64,000 bases of DNA, from the NCBI GenBank assembly GCA_963769655.1, contig CAVYMT010000004.1, positions 856-64,855 of the forward strand, written 5' to 3'. The notes under the pieces are model-generated. The model searched no databases. It saw nothing but the letters and a program-made list of their open reading frames with translations, and had not been told where the DNA came from. This DNA is from an uncultured Rubrobacteraceae bacterium. Its GTDB lineage: Bacteria; Actinomycetota; Rubrobacteria; Rubrobacterales; Rubrobacteraceae. Position 1 is the stretch's first letter, and every line of letters starts with the position of its first letter. This document shows, in pieces, positions 27,821-38,046 of this stretch. Made by a program: the position numbers and the translations under genes.

Positions 27821-28684
27821 CTAGGCGTTCAATCGCCCCACGAGCGCCGAGCAGAGGGGGCTGTCGGCGTCGAGGAAACCGTCCAAGACCGAGAAGTGGT
27901 GCTTGCCCGGCTGCGGCAGAAGCCCGCCGGGCAATCCCCGGTCCCTCCAGGCCGATAGGAAATCCTCGCTCTGGCGCCGGAGCTCGTCGGTCTCGTCGGC
28001 GCCGTAGCTGACCAGGAGCGGCGGCGCGTGCTGCGGCAGGTTCAGGATCGGGCTCATTCTGAGGATCTCGGCCCAGGTGAGTTGCAGCTTCGGCTGCAGG
28101 AAGGTATAGGGGAAGGGGCGCAGGTCGAAGAGGCCGCTTACGGGGAAGCAGCCCTTGACGGTGTCCGCGGGCAACCCGTAGTCGCCCCGCCAGTCGGTTA
28201 TGGCCGACATCGTGGCCAGGTGTCCGCCGGCGGAGTGGCCCGAGACGAAGACCCTCTCCGGGTCCGCGCCGAAACCCTCCGCGTTGCGGAAGGTCCAGGC
28301 GACCGCCGCCCGCGCCTGGCGCACGATCTCGCCCACGGACACCTTTGGGCACAGGGCGTAGTCGACGACGACCGTGGCGACGCCGGACGAGACGGGACCC
28401 CTCGCGACGAAGGAGAACTCGTTCTTCGAGAAGCTGCGCCAGTAGCCGCCGTGGAAGAAGACCAGGACCGGCGCCCCCTCGCGCGTGGCGGGGAACACGT
28501 CGAGGCCCTCGGCCAGCGTGGGGCCGAACCTGAGGTCGGGCCGGCACTCCAGTTCTTGCCTGGCTTTGCGGCTCTCCTGCTCATAGAACTCGAGGTAGGA
28601 AGGAAAGTCGGGTACCGCCGCCCGCAGGTCGTACTGGGCGTCCAGCGCCTCCTGCGTCGCGTAGTCCCGGTAGAGCACGCTCAT
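27821..28684 (-). CDS. alpha/beta hydrolase, arylformamidase-like
   Basis: HGGYW oxyanion motif and GHSAGGHL nucleophile elbow; 287 aa. Confidence 0.8.
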   Translation of the reverse strand: MSVLYRDYATQEALDAQYDLRAAVPDFPSYLEFYEQESRKARQELECRPDLRFGPTLAEGLDVFPATREGAPVLVFFHGGYWRSFSKNEFSFVARGPVSSGVATVVVDYALCPKVSVGEIVRQARAAVAWTFRNAEGFGADPERVFVSGHSAGGHLATMSAITDWRGDYGLPADTVKGCFPVSGLFDLRPFPYTFLQPKLQLTWAEILRMSPILNLPQHAPPLLVSYGADETDELRRQSEDFLSAWRDRGLPGGLLPQPGKHHFSVLDGFLDADSPLCSALVGRLNA

Positions 28685-28755
28685 CCTCCCTTGCGCAGAC
28701 CGTCCTCCGGGCGGCCGGGTGCGGCTGCCAGCACTCGGCCGCCCGGCCGGTCCGC

Positions 28756-30108
28756 TTAGCCCGGTATCCCGGCGAGGGCCATCTCGAGATCCTCTTCCGA
28801 GTGCTCGGTGTCGACCAGGCTGCCCGCCAGGTACCGTTCGTAGGCGGCGAGATCGAAATGTCCGTGGCCGCAGAGGTTGAAGAGGATGACCTTCTCTTCC
28901 CCGGCCTCCTTCGCCTCCAGGGCCAGGTCGACGGTGGCCTTGATGGCGTGGGTGACCTCGGGGGCCGGAACTATCCCCTCCGTCTGGGCGAAGAGGACGC
29001 CGGCCTCGAAGGTCGGGTTCTGGGCGTAGGCGCGAGCCTCGACGAGCCCCTCGTGCACGAGCGCGCTCAGGATCGGGGACTCACCGTGGTACCGGAGCCC
29101 CCCAGCGTGGATGCCGGGCGGTACGAAGGAGTGTCCGAGGGTGTACATCTTCATCATGGGGGTCGTCCCGGCGGTGTCCCCGAAGTCGTAGGTGTAGCGC
29201 CCCTTGGTGAACGTGGGGCAGGAGGCCGGCTCGACGGCGATGACGCGCGTGTCCTTGCCGCCCTTCACGTTCTCCCGGATAAACGGAAAGGCGATGCCGC
29301 CGAAGTTCGAGCCCCCGCCCGCGCACCCGACGACGATGTCCGGATACTCGCCGGCCATCTCCATCTGCTTGAGGGCCTCCTGGCCTATGACCGTCTGGTG
29401 CAGGAGGACGTGGTTCAGGACGCTGCCCAGCGAGTACTTGGCGTCCTCGTTCCCCGCCGCGTCCTCGATGGCCTCGCTTATGGCGATGCCGAGGGAGCCC
29501 GGCGAGTCGGGGTGCCCGGCGAGGATGTCGCGGCCGGCATGGGTCAGGTCTGTGGGGCTCGCGTGGACCTCCGCCCCGTAGGTCTGCATCATGATCCTGC
29601 GGTACGGCTTCTGGTCGTAGGAGACGCGCACCATGTAAACGGTGCAATCCAGGCCCATGAACCCGCACGCGAAGGCCAGGGAGGATCCCCACTGGCCCGC
29701 CCCGGTCTCGGTGGTCAGGCGCCGGACGCCCTCCTCGCGGTTGTAGTAGGCCTGGGGAACGGCGGTGTTCGGCTTGTGGGAGCCGGCGGGGGAGACGCCT
29801 TCGTACTTGTAGTAGATGTGCGCCGGGGTACCCAGGTGCCTCTCCAGGCGCCTGGCGCGGAAGAGCGGCGTCGGGCGCCAGAGGCTGTAGATCTCCCTGA
29901 CCTCCTCGGGGATCGGCACGGTTGGCTCCGCCGTCACCTCCTGGCGGATGATCTCCTCGGGAAAGATGGGCGCGAACGCCTCGGGACCCACCGGCTCGCG
30001 GGTCGCCGGGTTGAGCGGCGGCTCGAGGCCGAAGGGCAGGTCCGGCACGAGGTTGTACCAGGTCTCCGGAAGGTCCTTCTCCGTCAGCAGATACTTGGTG
30101 GTCTCCAT
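28756..30108 (-). CDS. trpB: TrpB-like PLP-dependent enzyme (tryptophan synthase beta, TrpB2 type)
   Basis: 450 aa with [24 protein letters not shown] (PLP lysine) and the long N-terminal extension typical of TrpB2. Confidence 0.9.
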   Translation of the reverse strand: METTKYLLTEKDLPETWYNLVPDLPFGLEPPLNPATREPVGPEAFAPIFPEEIIRQEVTAEPTVPIPEEVREIYSLWRPTPLFRARRLERHLGTPAHIYYKYEGVSPAGSHKPNTAVPQAYYNREEGVRRLTTETGAGQWGSSLAFACGFMGLDCTVYMVRVSYDQKPYRRIMMQTYGAEVHASPTDLTHAGRDILAGHPDSPGSLGIAISEAIEDAAGNEDAKYSLGSVLNHVLLHQTVIGQEALKQMEMAGEYPDIVVGCAGGGSNFGGIAFPFIRENVKGGKDTRVIAVEPASCPTFTKGRYTYDFGDTAGTTPMMKMYTLGHSFVPPGIHAGGLRYHGESPILSALVHEGLVEARAYAQNPTFEAGVLFAQTEGIVPAPEVTHAIKATVDLALEAKEAGEEKVILFNLCGHGHFDLAAYERYLAGSLVDTEHSEEDLEMALAGIPG

Positions 30109-30303
30109 CCCACACCTCCGACTTATCGAGCCTCCTGCCGTCGGCGGTCAGCTTACATACTTTCGCGCCATCGCGTCGGCGACCGATGCGCCCGTCTTCG
30201 GTACCGGAAAATCATCCAATTGCGTGATGCGCCGCCAACCGCGCACATGACACACTTTGATTCGAAGCGAGTTGCTAGTAGTTGCAAGGCAGAAGGAGAC
30301 GAG

Positions 30304-30942
30304 ATGTCCAAATCGGGAGAGGTGTTCGATAACCCGGTGACGGGGGAGTGGGGGGTCGTGCGGGTCGGCACGGAGGAGACGGGGGGAGAACGTCTGGTGA
30401 CCGATCTGTACGTCCGGCCCGGGGGTGCGGTGGCCGGGGAGCACGTGCACCCGGTGATCGAGGAATGGTTCACGGTGAAGAGCGGCCGGGTGGGCTTCCG
30501 TATCGACGGGCGGGAGAGCATCGCCAGGCTGGGGGAGCGCTTGCACGTACGGCCCGGCACGGCGCACGACTGGTGGAACGCCGGGGACGAGGAGGCGCAC
30601 GTCGTCGTCGAGGTCAGTCCCGCCGCCAGGTTCGAAGAGGCGATCAAGACCACCTTCGGGCTCGCCCGGGACGGCAAGACGAACAAGAAGGGCATGCCCA
30701 ACCTGCTGCAGGTGGCCCTCATCTCGCGGGAGTTCGAGGACGTGCTGTACTTCACCAGCCCGCCGCGCTTCTTGCAGAAGATCCTGTTCGGCGTGCTCGC
30801 GCCGATAGCGCGGGCCCTCGGCTACAAGGGCAGCTACCCCGAGTACGCGGACCGTCCGTTTCCGGCAACCGTCGAGGTCGAGCCGTGGCCCGCGACGTTG
30901 AGCGACGAGGCGGTGAGGCGGGTGGCCGCCCGCCTGCGCTGA
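30304..30942 (+). CDS. cupin-domain protein
   Basis: ATG 30304 follows GAAGGAGACGAG. GEHVHPVIEEWFTVKSG...LHVRPGTAHDWWN is a cupin motif pair. Confidence 0.75.
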   Translation: MSKSGEVFDNPVTGEWGVVRVGTEETGGERLVTDLYVRPGGAVAGEHVHPVIEEWFTVKSGRVGFRIDGRESIARLGERLHVRPGTAHDWWNAGDEEAHVVVEVSPAARFEEAIKTTFGLARDGKTNKKGMPNLLQVALISREFEDVLYFTSPPRFLQKILFGVLAPIARALGYKGSYPEYADRPFPATVEVEPWPATLSDEAVRRVAARLR

Positions 30943-31009
30943 ACGCGGGCGGGTACGGCCGCCGCGCCTGCGGCCGCGCTAGTACTTTGGGGCCGTCGTG
31001 GGCCGCGCG

Positions 31010-32473
31010 TTACGCCTGAGGGCCCGCGTCCACCGAGCTTGCGATCCTGCCCGACTTTTGGGCCGCGCAGAGCGCCGCGTGGTCCCGTTCGGTCTGGTCG
31101 GCGTAGGCCTCCGCGAAGTCGGCGATCGCCTCGTCGAAACGCCCGCTCTTGCCGAGGTAGCCCGCTATCTGCACGCGGTCGCCGGAGCGGGCGTGGGCGC
31201 GGGCCAGGGCCAGGCCGCAGACCCTCGCGTACAGGGCCAGCTCGGCTGACGACAGACGCTCAATCTTGGCCGAGGCTTTCATGTCTCGCAGCTGGCGGCA
31301 GTAGAAGTGGTGTCCCTCCGGGCCGTGCAGCCAGCCGAGGAAGATGTCGCTCGCGGCCTGCATCAGCCGCTGGCCGGCTACCACGCGATGTCCCTGGTTC
31401 CTGTAGACGCTCCTGGGGAGGTGGGTTTCCAGCACCGAGGCTTCGGCCTCCTTGACCTGCAGGAACAGGGGATCGTTCGCGTCTCGACCTTCGAGCAACG
31501 CGACGAAGGCCCGGGTGCCAACGCTGCCAACACCAACAACCTTGCGGGCCACATCCACAAACTCGTACCGGTCGAGCAGGTGACGCCGATCGTCTTGCAG
31601 GGTGCCCTTGTAAGAATCGAAGATCTCTTGGATCCGTCTCCTCAGCTCTTCCTGCTCGACACGAACCAGAAGCGGCGGGTCGTTCTTGATCCTCGGTCGG
31701 CCATCGACGTTCTCGGCCAATTTGGAGAGGGCTTGCAGGCTATCGCGCCCGTGGGCTTTGTCCGCTGCTTTCGACACCTTCTTTCGCACCCTCTTCGCAG
31801 CACCTTTTCCGATCCCGGAGCCGGAGATCTGGTTCATAAACGCTTCCACGCTGACGCGGAAGTACCAGACTTCGAGGTCTCCCATCTGCGAGAATTCCGC
31901 CATCCGCTGCCGGTACGAGGCCGCGGCGCTGCGCGCCGCTTCGCGGCAGCTGGCGACGTCGAAGCCGTTCTCCCGGCCGGCCACGACGAAGCTCGTGGAG
32001 AGGCGCTTCACGTCCCACTCCCAGGGCCCTGGCAGGGTCTCGTCAAAGTCGTTGACATCGAACAGGAGGGTCCGCTCTGGTGAGGCATAGGCCCCGAAGT
32101 TCGAGAGGTGACAGTCGCCGCACAGCTGGGCTCGAATGCCGGTATGCGGCGCGCTCGCGAGGTCGTGGGCCATCACGATCGCGGCCCCGCGCAAGAACGT
32201 GAACGGTGATGGCATCATGCGCGCGTACCGGATCGGCGCGAGGTCGGGCAACCGGGTCCTGGCCTGATCCTCCAGCAGGTCTACGGGATCCGGTCGGTTG
32301 GGTGGCGGGGTCCAGGCCCCGTGGCTGCTCCGTGGGATCTCTTGACGCGCGGCGCGGCCACGCTCGCGGCGCCGCCGATACGTCGAGGTTCTCTCAGGGC
32401 TCTCGTGGCGCTGTGCCGTCGCGACAGGCGATCCCGAGTCCGCTGCGCTGCGTCGTTCTTGGTTGGCTTTCAC
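31010..32473 (-). CDS. DUF2252 domain protein
   Basis: MPSPFTFLRGAAIVMAHDLA...CGDCHLSNFG...FDVNDFDETLPGPWEWDVKRL is the DUF2252 signature. Confidence 0.85.
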   Translation of the reverse strand: MKANQERRSAADSGSPVATAQRHESPERTSTYRRRRERGRAARQEIPRSSHGAWTPPPNRPDPVDLLEDQARTRLPDLAPIRYARMMPSPFTFLRGAAIVMAHDLASAPHTGIRAQLCGDCHLSNFGAYASPERTLLFDVNDFDETLPGPWEWDVKRLSTSFVVAGRENGFDVASCREAARSAAASYRQRMAEFSQMGDLEVWYFRVSVEAFMNQISGSGIGKGAAKRVRKKVSKAADKAHGRDSLQALSKLAENVDGRPRIKNDPPLLVRVEQEELRRRIQEIFDSYKGTLQDDRRHLLDRYEFVDVARKVVGVGSVGTRAFVALLEGRDANDPLFLQVKEAEASVLETHLPRSVYRNQGHRVVAGQRLMQAASDIFLGWLHGPEGHHFYCRQLRDMKASAKIERLSSAELALYARVCGLALARAHARSGDRVQIAGYLGKSGRFDEAIADFAEAYADQTERDHAALCAAQKSGRIASSVDAGPQA

Positions 32474-32570
32474 GGCCCTCCCCTTGCGGCGTCGAGGCTT
32501 TGCGTGTCGTGGGACGCTGTCAACGGTCCCTTCGACCTACCAACGTACGGTGCTGGGGTCCCGGATCGCC

Positions 32571-32807
32571 TCATGGGTGGGGGCCTGTGGGGTACATGAA
32601 TCCCACGTAGGCGTCAAGCACGGCCATGGCTCGCGCGAGGGTCGCGCTCTGCTCGGCGGTTTGCCCTACCGGAACACGCCCCGCACGCAAGTCCATGCGC
32701 AATTGGCTCAGAAGCAGGTCGGCCTGCTCCAATCGCTTCGAGGCCGCGATTTTGTCCATGACACCGCCGCTTGCGGTCTCTGGTGTCTGCTCTCCGTGCC
32801 CCTTCAT
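32571..32807 (-). CDS. hypothetical small protein (weak call)
   Basis: ATG 32807 follows GGGAGAAAG. The 78-aa MKGHGEQTPE...LDAYVGFMYPTGPHP lies downstream of the PLD gene. No family recognised. Confidence 0.3.
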   Translation of the reverse strand: MKGHGEQTPETASGGVMDKIAASKRLEQADLLLSQLRMDLRAGRVPVGQTAEQSATLARAMAVLDAYVGFMYPTGPHP

Positions 32808-32895
32808 CTTGTCTTTCTCCCGTTCTCCTGCAGTAGACCTGCCGGCCGAGTTCTGGTTGGCGGAGGACCGCGAAGTCGTTGGTTTGGCAGAGGGA

Positions 32896-34419
32896 TCAAG
32901 AGTCCCCGCCGCCAGAGGATCCATCGTCTTCAATCCCAGGACGGTCCGTATCGCGCCCTGCCGCGCTCTTGCCTTTGGCCGAGCGTGCGGCGCGCACGAC
33001 GCCGAGGCCACCGACGAAGGCGCAGCCCGCCGCCAGCGGCCATGCCACAGCCCGCGGGAAGCGCAGCCCGATCAGCGACGCCCCCAGCATGGCGCCGCTC
33101 ACCGCCGCGGCCAGCGCCATCTCGTGCGTCTCGATTGGGGCGCCGCTCTTCTGGAGCGCCGCCGTGGACACCCTGGCCAGGGTGGCCCCCGAACCCGAAC
33201 CGCCACCCGCGATGCCGCGGCGGGCCCCGGTGTTGGCGGTGTCCAGCGGACGCTCGGGTCGTGCCTCCCGGCGTCGGCCAGCCTTCACGAGGCGCACCTC
33301 CCCGGCGTTGGCGAGGTCGTCCTCGAACAGGGCCTCCATTTGGGAGGCGAAGCCCTCGTCCTCGACCACGAGGTCTATCTCCCAGTTGGCGAACAGGCTG
33401 CTGAAGTTGAGGTTCGTGGAGCCCACCTTCGACCACCAGCCGTCGGCGACCAGCGTCTTGGCGTGGATCATCGGCCCTGCGTACTCGAAGATCCTCACCC
33501 CCGACTCCAAGAACTGCCGGTAGCCGGTCCGCGAGACAGCCCCGATCCACCGCAGGTTATTCGTGGCCGGGACGAGGACGCGGACGTCGACGCCGTCGCG
33601 GGCCGTGGCCATCAGGGACTGGGTGAGGATGGGCAAAGAGAGGAAGTAAGGGTCCGTGACCCACAGGCGCTTTTCCACCCCGGCGGTGACCAGCTCGATC
33701 AGGCGCAGGGTGCGCATCCTCCTGGGCTCCTGCACCACGATTCGCGCCGCCTGCTCCCCGGCCTTGGAGATGTTCTCGGAGTCAGGACGCTCGTCGTGGG
33801 GCAGCGCCTCGCCAGCCTCGTCCCACACCCCCGCGAAGGCCCGCTCCACCTCGGCGACTACCGGCCCCCGGATGCTCACCGCCGTGTCGCGGTACGGCAA
33901 GCCGGTCTCCGGGGAGACCACCAGCCAGCCGTCCGAGATGCACACCCCGCCCGCGGAGGCGTACTCCCCGTCCACCCCGATCAGCTTGCGGTGGTCCCGG
34001 CTAACGACCCCCAGCGGCGTCCCGACGGTCGGGGGGTTGACCGCCCGAACCTCCACGCCCGCCTCGGCCATCCCCCGCCAGAACGAGCGCGGCACGTAGG
34101 CGGAGCCGAACCAGTCGTGGAGCACGCGCACGGACACGCCCTGGCTGGCCTTCTCCGAAAGCGCCTCTGCAATCCTTTGGCCGATCCCGTCGTTCTGGAA
34201 GATGTAGTTGTCCAGGTGGACCCACCTCTCGGCCCGACCGATGGCGGCGATCCAGTCATCGTAGGTGCGGGGGCCGTTCTTGAGGAGCTCCAGCCGGTTG
34301 CCCTCGCGCAAGGGGGCGTCGCTGGTTCGCGCCAGGACGCGGTCCAGACGGGCGCCGCGTGACGCCGCGTAGTCCGGGATGGGTGTATTCTCGCGCCCGT
34401 TGTCTCGTTCTTCTGACAA
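32896..34419 (-). CDS. phospholipase D / cardiolipin-synthase-like protein with two HKD motifs and C-terminal TM segment(s)
   Basis: HRKLIGVD and HAKTLVAD are both HxKxxxxD motifs. TTG 34419 follows GAGGAGAA. The C-terminal tail is hydrophobic. Confidence 0.9.
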   Translation of the reverse strand: MSEERDNGRENTPIPDYAASRGARLDRVLARTSDAPLREGNRLELLKNGPRTYDDWIAAIGRAERWVHLDNYIFQNDGIGQRIAEALSEKASQGVSVRVLHDWFGSAYVPRSFWRGMAEAGVEVRAVNPPTVGTPLGVVSRDHRKLIGVDGEYASAGGVCISDGWLVVSPETGLPYRDTAVSIRGPVVAEVERAFAGVWDEAGEALPHDERPDSENISKAGEQAARIVVQEPRRMRTLRLIELVTAGVEKRLWVTDPYFLSLPILTQSLMATARDGVDVRVLVPATNNLRWIGAVSRTGYRQFLESGVRIFEYAGPMIHAKTLVADGWWSKVGSTNLNFSSLFANWEIDLVVEDEGFASQMEALFEDDLANAGEVRLVKAGRRREARPERPLDTANTGARRGIAGGGSGSGATLARVSTAALQKSGAPIETHEMALAAAVSGAMLGASLIGLRFPRAVAWPLAAGCAFVGGLGVVRAARSAKGKSAAGRDTDRPGIEDDGSSGGGDS

Positions 34420-34606
34420 GATAGGTTCTCCTCTAGTAGACGCAGCCTCGATTGACGGGTCCTGCCTTCACGCCACGCACGGCGTCTCGATGGATCGTGG
34501 CTCGCCCGTGTTGCGCCCTGGATCACAACGAAGTTCGCGGAGAACTTTTCCCGGCCCCGGATCGGTGGCTCGCCTCCAGGTCCGGCTGCAACCTCGTTGT
34601 TCGCCG

Positions 34607-34682
34607 CCCTTCTCCAAGATTCTCTGAGGGTAGAGCACGCGTCGGTGGCCTGTCCTCACCCACCGGCCCATTTCCCCTAGGG
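34607..34682 (-). promoter_or_regulatory. conserved 76-nt leader element, long-form copy B (between the LuxR stop and the PLD start)
   Basis: The reverse complement aligns without gaps to 48524..48599 with 65/76 identities (hand count). Confidence 0.5.
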
Positions 34683-34704
34683 GGATTTGCGCGCTTCCGG
34701 AGGG

Positions 34705-37015
34705 TCAGACGAGTCCCCGCGCGCGGGCTTCCTCCAGAGCCGCCTCGCGAGAGGAGACCCCGAGTTTGCGGTAGATGGACTTGATGTGGCTCCTGACGGT
34801 CGAGGGAGAGACGAAGAGGACGTGCCCGATCTCCCGCGTGCAGAGCTCGCTGTCGAGGTGTCCGAGCACGTCCAGCTCGCGCTCCGTTAGCTCCCCGTGG
34901 AGCTGTCCGTCCCGCGGCTTGCCGGTCCGAAGCTTGCGCTCCAGGCTCTCGACGAGCCCCGGGAAGGTACCGGCGTCGGGAATGTTCTCCAGAGAGCGCT
35001 GTACCTCGGCGACGATGGCCCTGGCTCCGGTCCTGTCGCCGCGGACGAGGTGGACCCGAGCGAGGGCCACGAGCCCGATGAGGTTGGGCCAGGGGCTCAG
35101 GCCGGGTAACCCGCGGCGCACGGAGATACCTTTCTCCAGCTCTCGCTGGGCATCCTCCAGCTTCCCCTCACCCGCGAGCACGATACCGAGCGCGATGGGC
35201 GCCATGGTGGACTGGGGAGTCCCCCACAGCCCGAGTCTATCCACCAGCGCGTGCGCCTCGTCCGCGAGCGCCCTGGCCTCCTCCAGGTTCCCTTCGTCTA
35301 CGGCGACAAACGACAGGAAAGACAGAACGACCACCCGCAACAGGGGTAGGCCGATCCCCGTCAGCTCGATGGCTTCTTCGAGCGGTTGTCGGGCCGCGGG
35401 CGCGTCCCCGGAAAGGTAAAGACCCGCCCCCAGGGCGAAGCGTGCCAGGACGGCTTGCGGCGAGCCCCTTTCGGTCTCCAGCTTCGCGGCCTGGCGGGCC
35501 AGCTCGATGATATCGTGGACGCCACCCAGGCCGAAGACGGCCCGGATCGTGGTCACGCCCGATTCTACCGAGGCGGTGCCGTCGAGGAGCAACCCGTCAC
35601 CGGGGAAGGCCTCGACCAGCTCCAGCAAGGCCTCGCTCTCCTTCAACCGGCCGTGCAAAGCATAGATCCACGCCTTCACCAGGATGAGCGAAGGATCGCC
35701 GTTGACGAGACCTTCGGGCAGTGCCTCGAGCCACCGCTCTAGGGTCGCCGTCTGGCCGGCGAACGCGTAGCCGAACCAGTGGCGCGCGATCAGCATGCCC
35801 GCGCGCTCGTAGTCTGCCGCCGCTACGGCGTGGCGGGTGGCCCCTTCGAATAACCCTGCTCTTTCGCACCAGAGGCTCGCCCGACCGTGCAGGACGGGCA
35901 CCAATTCGGGCTGGCTGCTCTTGAGCTCGTAGAGCAGCAGGTCGGAGAAGAGGTGGTGGTAGCGGTACCAATCGCCCTCTTCGTCTAGGGGGATCACGAA
36001 CAGGTTGGTGTGGGCGAGCTCGCGCAGCAGCTTGGCCGGAGCCCTCCGTCTCCGCCACGGTGTCGCACAGGGGCCCCGTCATGGTCCGCAGCACCGAGGT
36101 ATGGAGCAGGAATCCTTTCTCGTCCTCCGAAAGGTGCGCCAGAACCTCTTCTCCCAGCAAGTCCACTATGTACCGGCTGCTGCCCCCGTAAGACTCGATA
36201 AAGGCGTGCTTGTCTTTCCTGGTCTGCAGGGAGAGGGCGGCCAGGTAGAGGGCCGCCGGCCATCCTTCTGTCCGCACGAACAGAAGGTTCAGGTCGTCGG
36301 GGCCAACGTCCAGTTGCATTCTGTCGTTGAGCAATATGGCGGCCTCCTCCTCCGAGAAGGCCAGCTGAGCGGTGCGGATCTCGATCATCTCGCCCCTCGC
36401 CCTGAGCCTACCCACCGGCAGCTGCGGTTCGGAGCGGCTCGAGATGACGAGGTGGACGTTCTCCGGGAGGTGCTCGATAAAGAAGGCCATCGCCTCGTGG
36501 CAGTCGCGTTCGGACACGAACTGGTAGTCGTCCAGGATCAGGACCACAGGTTGGAGGAACTCGGCGAGCCCGTTTATGAGCCTGGGGAGCTCCACCTCGG
36601 CGAGCCTTTGCCTGCCGGCGCTCATCCCCATGAGGACGTCGCTCCCGAAGTCTTTTTTCGGCAAGGTCGCGCGTAGCGCCTCTACGATGTGCCGCCAAAG
36701 CCGAATAGGGTCGTTGTCCTGCTCGTCGAGGGAGACCCACGCGAAGGGCACCTCATCCTCTTTCGCCCGGCGCCATTGGGCCAGAAGGGTCGTCTTGCCG
36801 TAGCCGGCCGGGGCACTAAGGAGCGTGAGCCTGCAGCCGGTTGCCTCGTTGAGGCGCTCGAGAAGCCCCGGCCGGACCAGCTGATCGGAGCGTGGCGAAG
36901 GCGCCCTCAGCTTGGGCTTGAGGATTATCCTGGGAGCATCGACGCTCGGGTCGCTGGAGTACTCGATGGCGATGTGTGGACCCCGTTTCCTGCTTGCGAC
37001 AGACCCGGCGGCCAC
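34705..37015 (-). pseudogene. MalT/LuxR-type regulator (P-loop NTPase + TPR-like repeats + LuxR HTH), frameshifted near 36035
   Basis: N-terminal ORF: LLSAPAGYGKTTLL (Walker A) ...ILDDYQ. C-terminal ORF: WYRYHHLF...TPR-like... LTERELDVLGHL...EIGHVLFVSPSTVRSHIKSIYRKLGV. The junction reads GSGQ | KLLRELAHTNLFVIPLDEE. Confidence 0.8.
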
Positions 37016-37301
37016 TCCTGTTCGCCAGATGTGTCCCTTCCTCGCCGACTACGCGGGCAGCATACCACAGGGCCTTCCCTACCCCCGGCATCCGCATCGC
37101 GAGCCACCCTGCGCAAGGTGGTACATGGCACCGATCGCCAACGTCCATACGCCAGATGGACTACCCCGCACCAGTCTCGTGCCCGACTACCTCCGTTTCC
37201 TCAGTATCCCGACAAACTTACATAATAAGAAAGTAGGGGACAAGGATATGTATTGCAGGATACAAAAACGCGTTCGGATTAGACGATCGTGCCGGCCGGG
37301 A

Positions 37302-37868
37302 TCAGCCCGGATGCCGAGCCCGCATTCGCAAGGCCAAGACGATCAGCGCTAACCCCACTACCACGGCGAAGGCGCCGATGAACGGCGCCACGGAGGGTAG
37401 GCTGGAGCCGGCCAGCGTTGCGAGGATCGCGCCGAACAGCACCGAGAGCGCGCCGCTTCCGGCGAGCAGCCACGCGCTTTCGACCTCCCTGCGCAGCGTG
37501 ATCGCCGTGAGTATCTTGATGATGCCGGTGAGCAGGGCCCATGCCGCGATGACGTACAGCAACCCGACAGGGTTCAGGCCGGGCCAAAAGAGGGCCAGCA
37601 GGCCGGAGATCACGCCCACCGTCCCCTCGGCGGTCGGCAGCCACCGCTGCGGCCCCGGATCTGGGGACCTGAGCGCTGGTATGGAGGTGATCGATCCGTC
37701 CACCAGCGCGTAGAGGCCAAACAGGATGGACAACAGGGCGAAGACGAGGCCGGGCCAGAAGAGGACCACCAGGCCGAATAGCACGGCCACGAAGCCGCGG
37801 AGCGCCAGCGCCCGCCAGTTGGCGGCGAACGCGCTCAACCTCTGTCGGTATCCTCCCTGGTCGCTCAT
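37302..37868 (-). CDS. HdeD-family (DUF308) acid-resistance membrane protein
   Basis: Repeated DUF308 helices: WRALALRGFVAVLFGLVVLFWPG...GLYALVDG...LLTGIIKILTAITLR. Confidence 0.8.
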   Translation of the reverse strand: MSDQGGYRQRLSAFAANWRALALRGFVAVLFGLVVLFWPGLVFALLSILFGLYALVDGSITSIPALRSPDPGPQRWLPTAEGTVGVISGLLALFWPGLNPVGLLYVIAAWALLTGIIKILTAITLRREVESAWLLAGSGALSVLFGAILATLAGSSLPSVAPFIGAFAVVVGLALIVLALRMRARHPG

Positions 37869-38046
37869 CCGTAGGCCCTCCCCGAATCTGCTGGTTGCGG
37901 CTCTAACGAGTCACATTGTGCCCGAGGGTCACGTCCTGCACCGGGCCACCGGTCGCGGCACGCCGGTCGCCGAGCGTTCGCCAGCGACCTCCGGTGTCGC
38001 AAGAGTGACCTACGGGCTGGTATGGGGCACACGGTCCCGACCTAGG

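Noticed and set aside
34468-34671. The 67-codon ORF starting inside element copy B as a real protein-coding gene.
   Set aside because: Only the first ~26 codons are conserved with copy A. In copy A the ATG is ATA, and the remainder is Arg-rich and unrelated. It is kept only as an upstream-peptide hypothesis within the findings.
34672-34686. CCCCCTAGGGG as an intrinsic terminator hairpin for the LuxR-type gene.
   Set aside because: The stem is only 4-5 bp with essentially no loop and no U-tract. The same palindrome recurs upstream of other genes, which fits a protein-binding site better.
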